From NCBI GenBank assembly GCA_902793635.1, contig CADBEA010000007.1, forward strand, positions 3,018 to 67,017: 64,000 bases of DNA, given 5' to 3'. This document shows positions 47,801 to 56,854 of the stretch, one piece after another. Both the position numbers and the translations under genes were made by a program. The stretch is from an uncultured Erysipelotrichaceae bacterium (lineage in GTDB: Bacteria; Bacillota_I; Bacilli_A; Erysipelotrichales; Erysipelotrichaceae). The stretch's first letter is position 1. Each line of letters starts with the position of its first letter. The notes beneath the pieces are model-generated. The model was given only the letters and a program-made list of their open reading frames with translations, did not search any database and was not told where the DNA came from.

Positions 47801-47986
47801 TAAACCGGTCTGACAGGAACTGTATTGCCGCCGGCAGACGTGAAGAAACTGTCGGATAAGGGAATACTTTCTGTCTGCTTCTGCTGATATTTCGACAATG
47901 ATACTGACTGAACACAGTGCTTCAAGCATTGTGTTTTTTTTATAAAGTTATGGCATAATAGGAGTAACAAAAGAGAGGTTTTTTCT

Positions 47987-48892
47987 ATGGCGAATTATCT
48001 GGCAATTGATCTGCTTCGCACTAAGCTGAAGTATGCTTTAATCAGCGATTCCCTTGATATTATTGAAGTTGGCAATGAATATATACCGATCGATTCAAAA
48101 GAAGAGCTTTTTGAGACGTTTCTGAATGTGACGGACCGTTACCGTGATGACATTGAAGGCGTATCGATCACCATGCCGGGTGTTATCGACCGCAAGCGCG
48201 GTTTTGCCTACAGCGGCGGTGTTTTCGAATGGGTCAAGGATATGAATTATGCCAAAGAACTTTCTGAATATATCGAAATGCCGGTCGTGATCTGCAATGA
48301 CGCCAAGGCTGCGGCAATGGCGGAAATCGGTTACGGTTCTCTGAAGAATATCCAGAACGGCGTGCTTCTTCTGATTCTGAATACCGGTATCGGCGGTACT
48401 GTTGTCACTGACGGTCATATTCTGGAAGGACAGCATTTCGCAGCCGGTGAGTTCTCCTATATCCGCGGTGACTACAAGGAAAGAGATGGCACAAGTGATA
48501 TGTTTGCTTTCAGTGCGAATGTCGATACCCTCAGCAAATGCGTTGAAGAGGAGACAGGCCAGGCGAATATGAACATTCTGCGCATTATCTCCAAACTGAA
48601 CACAAAAGATGAAAAGGTGACCCGCGGTGTTGAAAAGTTCTGTGATATGCTGGCAACCAACATTTACAATCTGCAGTGCGTTCTCGACTGTGACGTGGTC
48701 GTCCTCGGCGGTCATGTCGCTGACGATCCGATCATGTTCAAGATGGTCAGACAGGCAGTCGACCGTAAATTCGACAACGCGCCGTATCACAACATCTTCA
48801 AGCCGGCGATCAAGGAATGCATCTTCCACCACAACTCCCGTACCTACGGAGCTGTATACAACTTCAAAGATCTGATGAATAATAAGGAATGA
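47987..48892 (+). CDS. ROK family protein
   Basis: GVSITMPGVID, PVVICNDAKAAAMAE, TGIGG, GQHFAAGEF, VVVLGG. Confidence 0.88.
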   Translation: MANYLAIDLLRTKLKYALISDSLDIIEVGNEYIPIDSKEELFETFLNVTDRYRDDIEGVSITMPGVIDRKRGFAYSGGVFEWVKDMNYAKELSEYIEMPVVICNDAKAAAMAEIGYGSLKNIQNGVLLLILNTGIGGTVVTDGHILEGQHFAAGEFSYIRGDYKERDGTSDMFAFSANVDTLSKCVEEETGQANMNILRIISKLNTKDEKVTRGVEKFCDMLATNIYNLQCVLDCDVVVLGGHVADDPIMFKMVRQAVDRKFDNAPYHNIFKPAIKECIFHHNSRTYGAVYNFKDLMNNKE

Positions 48893-49884
48893 ATAAAACA
48901 GTCACGAAGATCTTCCACAATACACTTCCTTCCTTTCTCGGGGCATACCTGCAAAGCGATGCCATGCAGAGACTGAAGGGAGTCGATATGAACTGCGGGG
49001 TGAATTATACTTCTTTCCCGCTTTTTGCTGTAAAGGAGCCATATACAAGATTTGAACACAGCCTGAATACCGCCCTGATCGCCTGGCATTTCAGCCGTGA
49101 TCCCCGCCAGGCTCTCGCCACGCTGTTTCATGATATCGCGACACCGGCCTTTGCCCATGTCGTCGATTTCCTGCACGGCGACCATCTGCGCCAGGAAAGC
49201 ACGGAAGAGAAGACCGCGGAGATCATTCAAAAGGACGAAGTTATCATGGCACAGCTTGCCAGGGACGGTATCGCGTTTGCGGACATCTGTGATTACCACC
49301 GCTATCCCATCTGTGACAATGACAGCCCGCGGCTTTCCGCAGACCGTATGGAATACACCTTCAGCAATCTTCTGCGCTACCGTCTGGCTGATACGGCGGC
49401 GATCCGGAAGATGTATGAGGATATCCGCGTCACGAAAAATGAAGAGGGTATTGACGAACTGGCTTTTCAAAGTCCGGAACTGGCCGTTCTGTTTGCCGGT
49501 TATGCGCTGCGGTGCGGCCGAATTTACAGCAGCAGTGAACACCGCTTCGCAATGGAAGCACTGGCGGGAATTCTGAAGCGGGCAATCGACGCGGATGTTA
49601 TTTCGGTCGAGGATCTGTATACCGATGAGGCATCCGTGATCCATAAGCTGCAGAACAGTTTTCTGAAAGATGACTGGCGGAAGTACACAAAGCTGAAAGC
49701 GGTGCATGTCCTGACGGGATATGAGCCGGGAGCGCTGCGCGTCGATGCCAAGAAACGGTATATTGATCCGCTGGTGATCGGCAAAGGCCGCTGCCGGGAT
49801 CTGGATCCGCAGCTGAAGAACAATATCAATGCATTTCTGAGCGAAGACTACAGTGTCTTTCTGAAAGGGGAATATGATGAGTGA
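48889..49884 (+). CDS. HD-domain phosphohydrolase
   Basis: RLKGVDMNCG, TRFEHS, LFHDIATPAFAHVVD, LSADRMEY. Confidence 0.88.
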   Translation: MNKTVTKIFHNTLPSFLGAYLQSDAMQRLKGVDMNCGVNYTSFPLFAVKEPYTRFEHSLNTALIAWHFSRDPRQALATLFHDIATPAFAHVVDFLHGDHLRQESTEEKTAEIIQKDEVIMAQLARDGIAFADICDYHRYPICDNDSPRLSADRMEYTFSNLLRYRLADTAAIRKMYEDIRVTKNEEGIDELAFQSPELAVLFAGYALRCGRIYSSSEHRFAMEALAGILKRAIDADVISVEDLYTDEASVIHKLQNSFLKDDWRKYTKLKAVHVLTGYEPGALRVDAKKRYIDPLVIGKGRCRDLDPQLKNNINAFLSEDYSVFLKGEYDE

Positions 49885-50473
49885 AAAAGTAATTGTCGTG
49901 GCCAGCACGAACGAAGGGAAGATCCGTGAATTCCGGCAGATGCTGGAACCGAAAGGATATACGGTCAAAAGCCTGAAAGACTTTGACGATATGCCGGAGA
50001 TCGAAGAAAACGGCACGACGTTTTCGGAAAACGCCGTAATCAAAGCGAATGCCATAACTTCCCGCTATGGCATCATGGCGGTATCGGATGATTCTGGTCT
50101 GGAAATCGATGCTTTTGACAAAGGTCCGGGTGTGCACAGTGCCCGCTGGCTTGGCCATGACACGCCGTATGAAGAAAAGAACCGGATCATTCTTGAAAGA
50201 ATGCAGGGTATCGAAAACCGCAGATGCCGTTATGTCTGCGCGATCGCTGTCACAAGAAAAGACCATGAGCCGGTCGTTTTCGAGGATACAGTGGAATGTG
50301 TCATTGCCAATCATCCGGCCGGATCCAATGGCTTCGGATATGATCCGATCATTTTTTACGAGCCCTACGGCAAAACGATGGCGGAAATGAGCAAGGAAGA
50401 AAAGAACGGTATTTCACACCGCGGCAAAGCGGTTGCCCGTCTGGAAGAGTGGCTGCGTCATGAAGATGAATAA
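49874..50473 (+). CDS. rdgB: dITP/XTP pyrophosphatase (RdgB/Ham1)
   Basis: ASTNEGKIRE, EENGTTFSENA, SDDSGL, GFGYDPIF, ISHRGKA. Confidence 0.96.
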   Translation: MMSEKVIVVASTNEGKIREFRQMLEPKGYTVKSLKDFDDMPEIEENGTTFSENAVIKANAITSRYGIMAVSDDSGLEIDAFDKGPGVHSARWLGHDTPYEEKNRIILERMQGIENRRCRYVCAIAVTRKDHEPVVFEDTVECVIANHPAGSNGFGYDPIIFYEPYGKTMAEMSKEEKNGISHRGKAVARLEEWLRHEDE

Positions 50474-51140
50474 ACTGCTGTCCGCGCTTGGCGGCATTGC
50501 CCTCATGGTCACGCTGCTTCTGACGGCCGTGGATCTCTGCTGTTTCTTCAAGCCGTTTTACCATTATGAATACGCGGCCGGAAAACAAGCGGAGAAAATC
50601 GGTATGAGCGAGGAAGGCCTGAATGAGGCAACGGACGCTCTGCTGGATTATCTGCACGGCAGCCGTGACGATATTTTTGTGGAAACGGAAGTATACGGCG
50701 TGAAGAGGGAAGTTTACAACCAGCGCGAGAAGCTGCATATGATCGATGTCCGGAATCTGTATCAGTCCGCGGTTCTGGTCCGTAATGTTCTCGCCGTCTC
50801 GTCTTTGCTGATCTTCCTGTATCTGTACTGGAAGAATCACGATAGCTTTCCCGTCCTTTTTAAGAATGGACTGAAACACGGCTTTCTCTGTCTACTTCTG
50901 CTGGTTCTGTTCGTATCCGTCTGGGCCATTGCCGATTTCGACGCGTTCTGGCTGAACTTCCATTATGTCTTCTTTGACAACGATCTGTTCCTGCTGGATC
51001 CGAATACGTCGATCATGATCAACATGTTTCCGTCCGTATTCTTCATGCACATGGTCTTTATGATCATTATCGTCTATGGTCTGTTCGCTCTTGGTGCCTA
51101 CGGTCTTGCCATTCTGCTGTGCCGGAGGAGGACGGCATGA
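50460..51140 (+). CDS. Integral membrane protein (TIGR01906/DUF1461-like)
   Basis: REKLHMIDVRNL, DFDAFWLNFHYVFFDNDLFLLDP; four TM segments. Confidence 0.8.
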   Translation: MKMNKLLSALGGIALMVTLLLTAVDLCCFFKPFYHYEYAAGKQAEKIGMSEEGLNEATDALLDYLHGSRDDIFVETEVYGVKREVYNQREKLHMIDVRNLYQSAVLVRNVLAVSSLLIFLYLYWKNHDSFPVLFKNGLKHGFLCLLLLVLFVSVWAIADFDAFWLNFHYVFFDNDLFLLDPNTSIMINMFPSVFFMHMVFMIIIVYGLFALGAYGLAILLCRRRTA

Positions 51141-51649
51141 TCCACATTGTTCTCTACGAGCCGGAAATTCCCCAGAATACCGGCAATATCATGCGTACAT
51201 GTGCTGCTTTGAATCTGCGGCTGCATCTGATCGAACCGCTTGGTTTCTATCTCGATGAGAAGCATCTGCGGCGGGCCGGCATGGATTACATGGAGAATCT
51301 GACTTATACGCTTTATGAGGACTGGCAGGACTTCTGTTCGAAGAATCAGGGTGAATTCTATTATGTGACCAGATACGGTCACCGTACACCTTTCTCTTAT
51401 GATTATCCGAAAGATGCCGAGATCTATCTGATCTTTGGAAAAGAGAGCACCGGCATTCCCAAGGAGATTCTCAAAGCGCATCTTGATCGCTGCATGCGTA
51501 TCCCGATGGTCAAAGAAGCCCGCAGTCTCAATCTTTCCAACTGTGTCGCAGTATGTGCCTGCGCCGTTTTGAACCAATTGGGCTGGCCAGATCTCTCCGC
51601 GGACGAATGGCTGAAAGGAAGTGACTTCCTGGAACAGTACGGGTCATGA
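51137..51649 (+). CDS. trmL: tRNA (cytidine(34)-2'-O)-methyltransferase TrmL/CspR
   Basis: IHIVLYEPEIPQNTGNIMRTC, RRAGMDY, FGKESTG, RSLNLSN. Confidence 0.95.
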   Translation: MIHIVLYEPEIPQNTGNIMRTCAALNLRLHLIEPLGFYLDEKHLRRAGMDYMENLTYTLYEDWQDFCSKNQGEFYYVTRYGHRTPFSYDYPKDAEIYLIFGKESTGIPKEILKAHLDRCMRIPMVKEARSLNLSNCVAVCACAVLNQLGWPDLSADEWLKGSDFLEQYGS

Positions 51650-51705
51650 AAGTGGACATCACGAAGAGGATGTCCATATAATAATTGTAGAAAGAGGAAA
51701 CGGAA

Positions 51706-51900
51706 ATGCTGGAGTGTCTGAGTGATTATATATCCCTGATCGTCATGATTTTTCTGGTCGTGGCCGGTTTTTACGGTATGTTTGTCGTGACCGATTCCCA
51801 GCATGATGCGGCAGTCCGCAATCGTGAGGAAATGTATTACTCATTCTATGAAAGCATGGATGACGAATACGATGACAGTTCGGCGCCGTATTACGAGTAA
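51706..51900 (+). CDS. Small single-TM protein with acidic tail
   Basis: GAGGA RBS, one hydrophobic helix, D/E/Y-rich C-terminus. Confidence 0.65.
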   Translation: MLECLSDYISLIVMIFLVVAGFYGMFVVTDSQHDAAVRNREEMYYSFYESMDDEYDDSSAPYYE

Positions 51901-51903
51901 GCA

Positions 51904-52353
51904 GTGAATATGATCCAGAAGCCTATTAATTTTAAAAAAGACGTAAACAGCCGTTTTTCTGATGCGTTATGCATCGGCGATTTCATCTTCCTCTCCGCCC
52001 AGCTGCCGCTGAATCCGGAAACCGGGAAACTGATTTGCGACGACTTCAAGGAACAGGCCAGACAGTGTTTCCGCAATATCAAGACACTTCTGCAGCAGTG
52101 TGATCTGCCGCTGAATTATGTCCTGCAGACCACGGTAAATATGACCGAAATGGACAGGCTGGACGATCTCGATGACGTTTATGCCGAATTCCTCGTCGAA
52201 CCGCTGCCGACCCGTACGGTCGTCGGTGCCGCTTCACTTCCGTATGGAGCGAAGATCCAGATCGAAGCGTACTGTATCGACTGCCGGGCTCTGGAAGTGC
52301 TGTGCGCCTGCGAGGAAGAAGAATGCTGCGACGGCAGTGTATGTGAACTGTAA
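51904..52353 (+). CDS. RidA/YjgF/UK114 family protein with Cys-rich tail
   Basis: IFLSAQLPLNPETG, QARQCFRNIKTLL, PLPTRTVV, LPYGAKIQIEA. Confidence 0.87.
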   Translation: MNMIQKPINFKKDVNSRFSDALCIGDFIFLSAQLPLNPETGKLICDDFKEQARQCFRNIKTLLQQCDLPLNYVLQTTVNMTEMDRLDDLDDVYAEFLVEPLPTRTVVGAASLPYGAKIQIEAYCIDCRALEVLCACEEEECCDGSVCEL

Positions 52354-52361
52354 CACCGCAA

Positions 52362-52820
52362 ATGAAAAACTATCTGATACTTGAAACAGACAGAAAAAAA
52401 GGAAAAGGTGTGGATGAAGAAGGAAACATTCACACTTTTGATATGCCTGCCGGACAGCTGATCAGTGCATGGTGTCTCAGAAATGCCGCGACGATGAAAG
52501 GCCGCCAGGATGCCGCCAGGACACTGTTCGGCTGGCATCAGAAGATCCCCGTGCTGATATCCGAAAACAGTCAGGAGATCTGGTTTCCGACTGCCGGTGA
52601 AAAGGCGGAAAAGAATACCTGGGTACGTTATGAAGGCGTCTTTTCCTTCCATAAGAAAAATGAATATGAAACACTGATCCGGCTGATCAACGGAACGGAA
52701 TGCGTCATTGCCTGCAACGTGAGGACCGTGCGCATGCAGATGAAACGGTGCCAGCAACTGCTGGATTATCTCAGCCGGAAAAAAGAAGAAGATTCCGGGC
52801 ATCCGCTGAAGCTTCTCTGA
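52362..52820 (+). CDS. ComK-family competence transcription factor-like protein
   Basis: WCLRNAATMKGRQDAARTLFGWHQKIPVLI...WFPT...NTWV resembles ComK. Confidence 0.7.
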   Translation: MKNYLILETDRKKGKGVDEEGNIHTFDMPAGQLISAWCLRNAATMKGRQDAARTLFGWHQKIPVLISENSQEIWFPTAGEKAEKNTWVRYEGVFSFHKKNEYETLIRLINGTECVIACNVRTVRMQMKRCQQLLDYLSRKKEEDSGHPLKLL

Positions 52821-52940
52821 CAGATATTCATCAATATACAGAGCCGGATGAATTTCGGCTTTTCATTTAATTTTAAGGTTACCTGAATCAACAGGGATGG
52901 TAAACTGTAAGGGTAGGATTGACGGAAAGGGGAAGATCAT

Positions 52941-54323
52941 ATGACGTATCAGAAAGAAAGCTTTGATGCCCTTGTCGAACGGATGAGCGAATACCTCTCT
53001 CAGAAGAAGTATGTTCAGGCAAGGGAAACACTGGTCGATCTTGAACCTGTTGACATTGCTTTTATCATGGAAAGCCTGCCGGAAGATACGATCCCGGTAG
53101 TTTTCCGTTTACTGCCGAAAGAACTCGCCGCCGAAGTCTTTGTCGAACTCGATACCGATTCCCAGGAAAAACTTATCAAGGGATTCTCTAAATCCGAACT
53201 GAAAGAAGTCGTTGACGAACTGTATCTGGATGACGTTGTCGACATTATTGAAGAGATGCCGGCCAACGTGGTAAAGCGCATCATCGCTTCCGCCGACGCT
53301 GACACGAGAAGGGATATCAACAATATCCTACGCTATCCGGAATCCTCCACCGGATCGATCATGACGACCGAGTATATCGATCTGAAGACCAATATGACCG
53401 TTGCCGACGCTCTGAAAAAGATCCGTCGTGTCGGTCAGGATATGGAGACGATCAACGTTATGTACGTCACAGATCCCGCCCGTCATCTTCTCGGGTATGT
53501 CACCATCCGCGACCTGCTTCTTGCGGATGAGAATGACACCATGGAAGAAATCATGGATGACAGCATCATCTCCGCGTCCACCATGGATGACCAGGAAGAG
53601 ACAGCCCGTAAGTTTGGCAAGTACGACTTCCTGACCATGCCTGTCGTCGACAAGGAAAAGCGCCTGGTCGGTATCGTTACCGTCGACGATGCTTTGGACG
53701 TATTAGTTGAAGAGACGACGGAAGACATCGAACGAATGGCCGCTATTACGCCGACCGACGATTCATATTTGAATACCGGTATTATTGACACCGTGAAATC
53801 CCGTATTCCCTGGCTGCTTCTGCTGATGGTTTCCGCGACGTTCACCGGTCAGATCATTTCCTCTTTCGAAGATGCTCTGGCTGCCTTCACGGTACTGACA
53901 GCCTATATTCCGATGCTGATGGATACCGGTGGAAACTGCGGCTCGCAGGCCAGTGTCACCGTTATCCGCGGTATTTCCCTGGACGAAATCAAACTGAAGG
54001 ATCTTGGCGCCGTCATCTGGAAAGAGATGCGGGTCGCCGTGATCATCGGTATGATCCTGGCGATATGCAACTTCGCCAAGCTGATGCTGGTCGACAAGAT
54101 GCTGTTCGGCAATCCGATCACTGTCACTGTCGCGGCTGTCATCTGTCTGACTCTGGTATTCACAGTCTTCGCGGCCAAACTGGTCGGCTGCTCACTGCCG
54201 ATCCTGGCCAAGGCGCTCGGTTTTGACCCGGCTGTCATGGCATCGCCGTTTATCACGACGATCGTCGACGCAATCTCGTTGCTGATCTACTTCCAGTTCG
54301 CGAGGATCATCCTGCATATCTGA
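52941..54323 (+). CDS. mgtE: Magnesium transporter MgtE
   Basis: CBS pair (TGSIMTTEY, PVVDKEKRLVGIVTVDD), MDTGGNCGSQA, DPAVMASPFITTIVD. Confidence 0.96.
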   Translation: MTYQKESFDALVERMSEYLSQKKYVQARETLVDLEPVDIAFIMESLPEDTIPVVFRLLPKELAAEVFVELDTDSQEKLIKGFSKSELKEVVDELYLDDVVDIIEEMPANVVKRIIASADADTRRDINNILRYPESSTGSIMTTEYIDLKTNMTVADALKKIRRVGQDMETINVMYVTDPARHLLGYVTIRDLLLADENDTMEEIMDDSIISASTMDDQEETARKFGKYDFLTMPVVDKEKRLVGIVTVDDALDVLVEETTEDIERMAAITPTDDSYLNTGIIDTVKSRIPWLLLLMVSATFTGQIISSFEDALAAFTVLTAYIPMLMDTGGNCGSQASVTVIRGISLDEIKLKDLGAVIWKEMRVAVIIGMILAICNFAKLMLVDKMLFGNPITVTVAAVICLTLVFTVFAAKLVGCSLPILAKALGFDPAVMASPFITTIVDAISLLIYFQFARIILHI

Positions 54324-54407
54324 CAGGAAGCAGAAATATAAAAAAACAGGATGTCCGTTTCCTTGTAAGGGGAAGCAGACATCCTTTTATGTGGAATTGA
54401 ATACGGA

Positions 54408-55010
54408 TTATTCGGCGAGAATATCGCCAAGACCTGCGAAGGTCACGGATTTGATCTTCATTGTCCTGATTGCTTCTTCCGGATCGACATCGAAGTTATC
54501 GACTTTGCCATCGAATGCAACGTTGTAGCTGTGGGGGCCGTAATGGAAATTGTATTCCATCGTATTCAGGTCGCTGATCCAGACGATCCATCCTGCATCC
54601 AGAAGATCACCGCCGGTTTTCCCGATCAGCTTGCCAAGTTCATCCTGGCTCATTGCGGTTTCGTTGAGATGTTCTGTTCTGGCAATCGGAAGAGCGGAAA
54701 TCAGTTTATAGAGTTTCTCGTCATGATCCTCATCCATAATGGAGAGCTGATCAACTGCTTCGGCAGTTTCTTTCGGCAGCTCCACAAAGAAGCGGTAGCA
54801 TTCGCCGTCCTTGTCGATGGCATAGACGAATGTATTCTCTGACTGGGACCATTCTGTCGTTCCGGCTTCCACGGCAAATGCGTCGGCAACTGTTTTAATA
54901 TTCGCCGGATCGAATACATCGGCATCCGTATTGTTGTTCTGTGTGCTGCAGGCAGATGTGAGTGAGAGACTCATGATTGCTGCCAGCAGCATCTTTCCTG
55001 TTTTCTTCAT
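54408..55010 (-). CDS. Hypothetical lipoprotein
   Basis: MKKTGKMLLAAIMSLSLTSA|C lipobox; true start 55010 (track extension overlaps trpS). Confidence 0.75.
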   Translation of the reverse strand: MKKTGKMLLAAIMSLSLTSACSTQNNNTDADVFDPANIKTVADAFAVEAGTTEWSQSENTFVYAIDKDGECYRFFVELPKETAEAVDQLSIMDEDHDEKLYKLISALPIARTEHLNETAMSQDELGKLIGKTGGDLLDAGWIVWISDLNTMEYNFHYGPHSYNVAFDGKVDNFDVDPEEAIRTMKIKSVTFAGLGDILAE

Positions 55011-55042
55011 TCGGCATGATTCCTTTCTTCTGCTTTGTATGA

Positions 55043-56041
55043 TCAGATGATTTCCATGCCGATGGCTTTCTGGACTTTCTCCAGTTTGGCGTCGGCTATT
55101 TTGTTTGCCCGCTCGGAACCGATAGCAAGCGCTTCGTTGATTTCTCCGCTGGCAAGAATCTCCTGATATCTTCCCTGGATCATTTCCAGTGTCTCGCATA
55201 CCTTGTCGGCAACAGCACGCTTGAAGTCGCCGTAACCCTTGCCGGCAAATTCAGCTTCAATGTCAGCCATCGGACGGTCGTTACTGAGGGAGGAGAGGAT
55301 CTGCATCAGATTGGAAATACCGGGCTGGTTTTCCGGGTCGAATTTCACCTGACCGAGCGAATCAGTCACGGCCGACATGACTTTCTTGCGGGCTGTCTTC
55401 AGATCGTCGAGCAGATAGATGCATCCCTTGTTTGTTTCGTCGGATTTGGACATCTTCTTGGAAGGATCGGAAAGGGACATGATGCGGGCGCCGACCTTGG
55501 CGATCAGCGGTTCCGGTACCTTGAAGAGATCGCCGTAGCGGTTGTTCATCCGTTCCGCGACGTCACGGGTCAGTTCGACATGCTGTTTCTGATCTTCACC
55601 GACCGGTACGTAATCCGGATCATAAAGAAGGATATCAGCCGCCATCAGAGCCGGATATGTATACAGTCCGCCTGACAGGTTTCTTTCACCCTTGGCCTGT
55701 TTGTCCTTGAACTGTGTCATACGGTTCAGCTCACCCATATACGTATGGCAGCACATGATATAACCGAGCTGGGCATGGGCGCGCACGTCGGTCTGCAGGA
55801 AGATCGTTGCCTTCTTCGGATCCAGACCGCAGGCCAGATACAGTGCCACGCAGTCACGCAGGTTGGCGTGCAGTTCCTGAGGATCCTGCGGCACGGTAAT
55901 GCAGTGCAGGTTGGCTATGAAGGCATACATCTCATATTCGTCCTGGTATTCGACAAAATGCTTGAGAGCGCCGATATAATTGCCTAAATGAAGCTGTCCG
56001 GTAGGCTTGATGCCTGATAACATTCTTTTCATACTGTCCAT
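55043..56041 (-). CDS. trpS: Tryptophan--tRNA ligase
   Basis: SGIKPTGQLHLGNYIGA, YPALMAADIL, VPVGEDQKQH, KKMSKS; Trp T-box upstream. Confidence 0.98.
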   Translation of the reverse strand: MDSMKRMLSGIKPTGQLHLGNYIGALKHFVEYQDEYEMYAFIANLHCITVPQDPQELHANLRDCVALYLACGLDPKKATIFLQTDVRAHAQLGYIMCCHTYMGELNRMTQFKDKQAKGERNLSGGLYTYPALMAADILLYDPDYVPVGEDQKQHVELTRDVAERMNNRYGDLFKVPEPLIAKVGARIMSLSDPSKKMSKSDETNKGCIYLLDDLKTARKKVMSAVTDSLGQVKFDPENQPGISNLMQILSSLSNDRPMADIEAEFAGKGYGDFKRAVADKVCETLEMIQGRYQEILASGEINEALAIGSERANKIADAKLEKVQKAIGMEII

Positions 56042-56055
56042 TTCTCCTTCAGTAA

Positions 56056-56275
56056 AAATAAAAAACCCTTCCATGAAGGGACGCTTGCTGAGCGCGGTGC
56101 CACCCGACTTACCGGCAGTTTCTGCCAGTCACTTGCCGGGATAACGGACCGTCCGGATTCCCACAGGGGAAATCAGTGCTCACAGGTTCCAGCGCATCAC
56201 AGAGGTATGAACGGCTCGCATCAGACGCCGTCTTTCTGAACAGGGACCCGGTTGGATGCATGCACCTGATCATCG
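56056..56275 (-). promoter_or_regulatory. T-box riboswitch (Trp specifier TGG) of trpS
   Basis: Minus strand: CAGAAAGACGGCGTCTGATGCGAGCCG stem I, TGG at 56191-56189, AAGTCGGGTGGCACCGCG, terminator CCCTTC-ATG-GAAGGG-TTTTTT. Confidence 0.9.
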
Positions 56276-56362
56276 CTTTTTTATTTAAACATACTTGCTG
56301 TTTCTTTTCAAGATAAGAGGCTATTGACGGCTATGCTATAATGCTAGGGAAAGGAGGAGACA

Positions 56363-56809
56363 ATGATCGTTGTATATACTTCTCCGGGCTGTGCGAGCTG
56401 CCGCAAAGTCAAGCAGTGGCTGAAAGACAGAGACCTCCCGTTCATTGAAAAGAACATCTTCAAAACACTGTTGAATACCAACGAAATCAAACATCTTCTG
56501 ATGCGCAGTGAGAACGGCAGCGATGATATTATCTCCAAGCGGTCAAAGATCATCCAGGAAAGCAGCATCGATATCGATGCCATGACAACGGATGAACTGA
56601 TCAATTTCATCAAACAGAATCCCAGTGTCCTCAAGCGTCCGATCATTCTGAATGAAACCAGCTTCCAGGTTGGCTATGATGAAGAGGAAATTGCCGTATT
56701 CGTGCCGCAGGAACTGCGCAAGGTCGCGGAAGGCAACTACTGCCGGAGCTGTCCGAGCTACAAAGCATGCGAAAGTATCAGAGAAAGAGAAGAATCTGCC
56801 GAAGCATGA
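56363..56809 (+). CDS. spx: Spx/MgsR family transcriptional regulator
   Basis: YTSPGCASCRK, ENGSDDIISKRSK, NPSVLKRPII, QVGYDEEEI; extended -10 TGCTATAAT upstream. Confidence 0.9.
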   Translation: MIVVYTSPGCASCRKVKQWLKDRDLPFIEKNIFKTLLNTNEIKHLLMRSENGSDDIISKRSKIIQESSIDIDAMTTDELINFIKQNPSVLKRPIILNETSFQVGYDEEEIAVFVPQELRKVAEGNYCRSCPSYKACESIREREESAEA

Positions 56810-56854
56810 AGGAAATGCTGAAGGATTCTTCTTTTTTCTGTATAATAGTTGGGT

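Noticed and set aside
55011-55199. Track N-terminal extension of the 54408 lipoprotein ORF (and similar extensions on rpsD, rplU, valS, infC, cofE-like)
   Set aside because: The extensions overlap other genes or RNA leaders; RBS and signal-peptide evidence point to downstream starts
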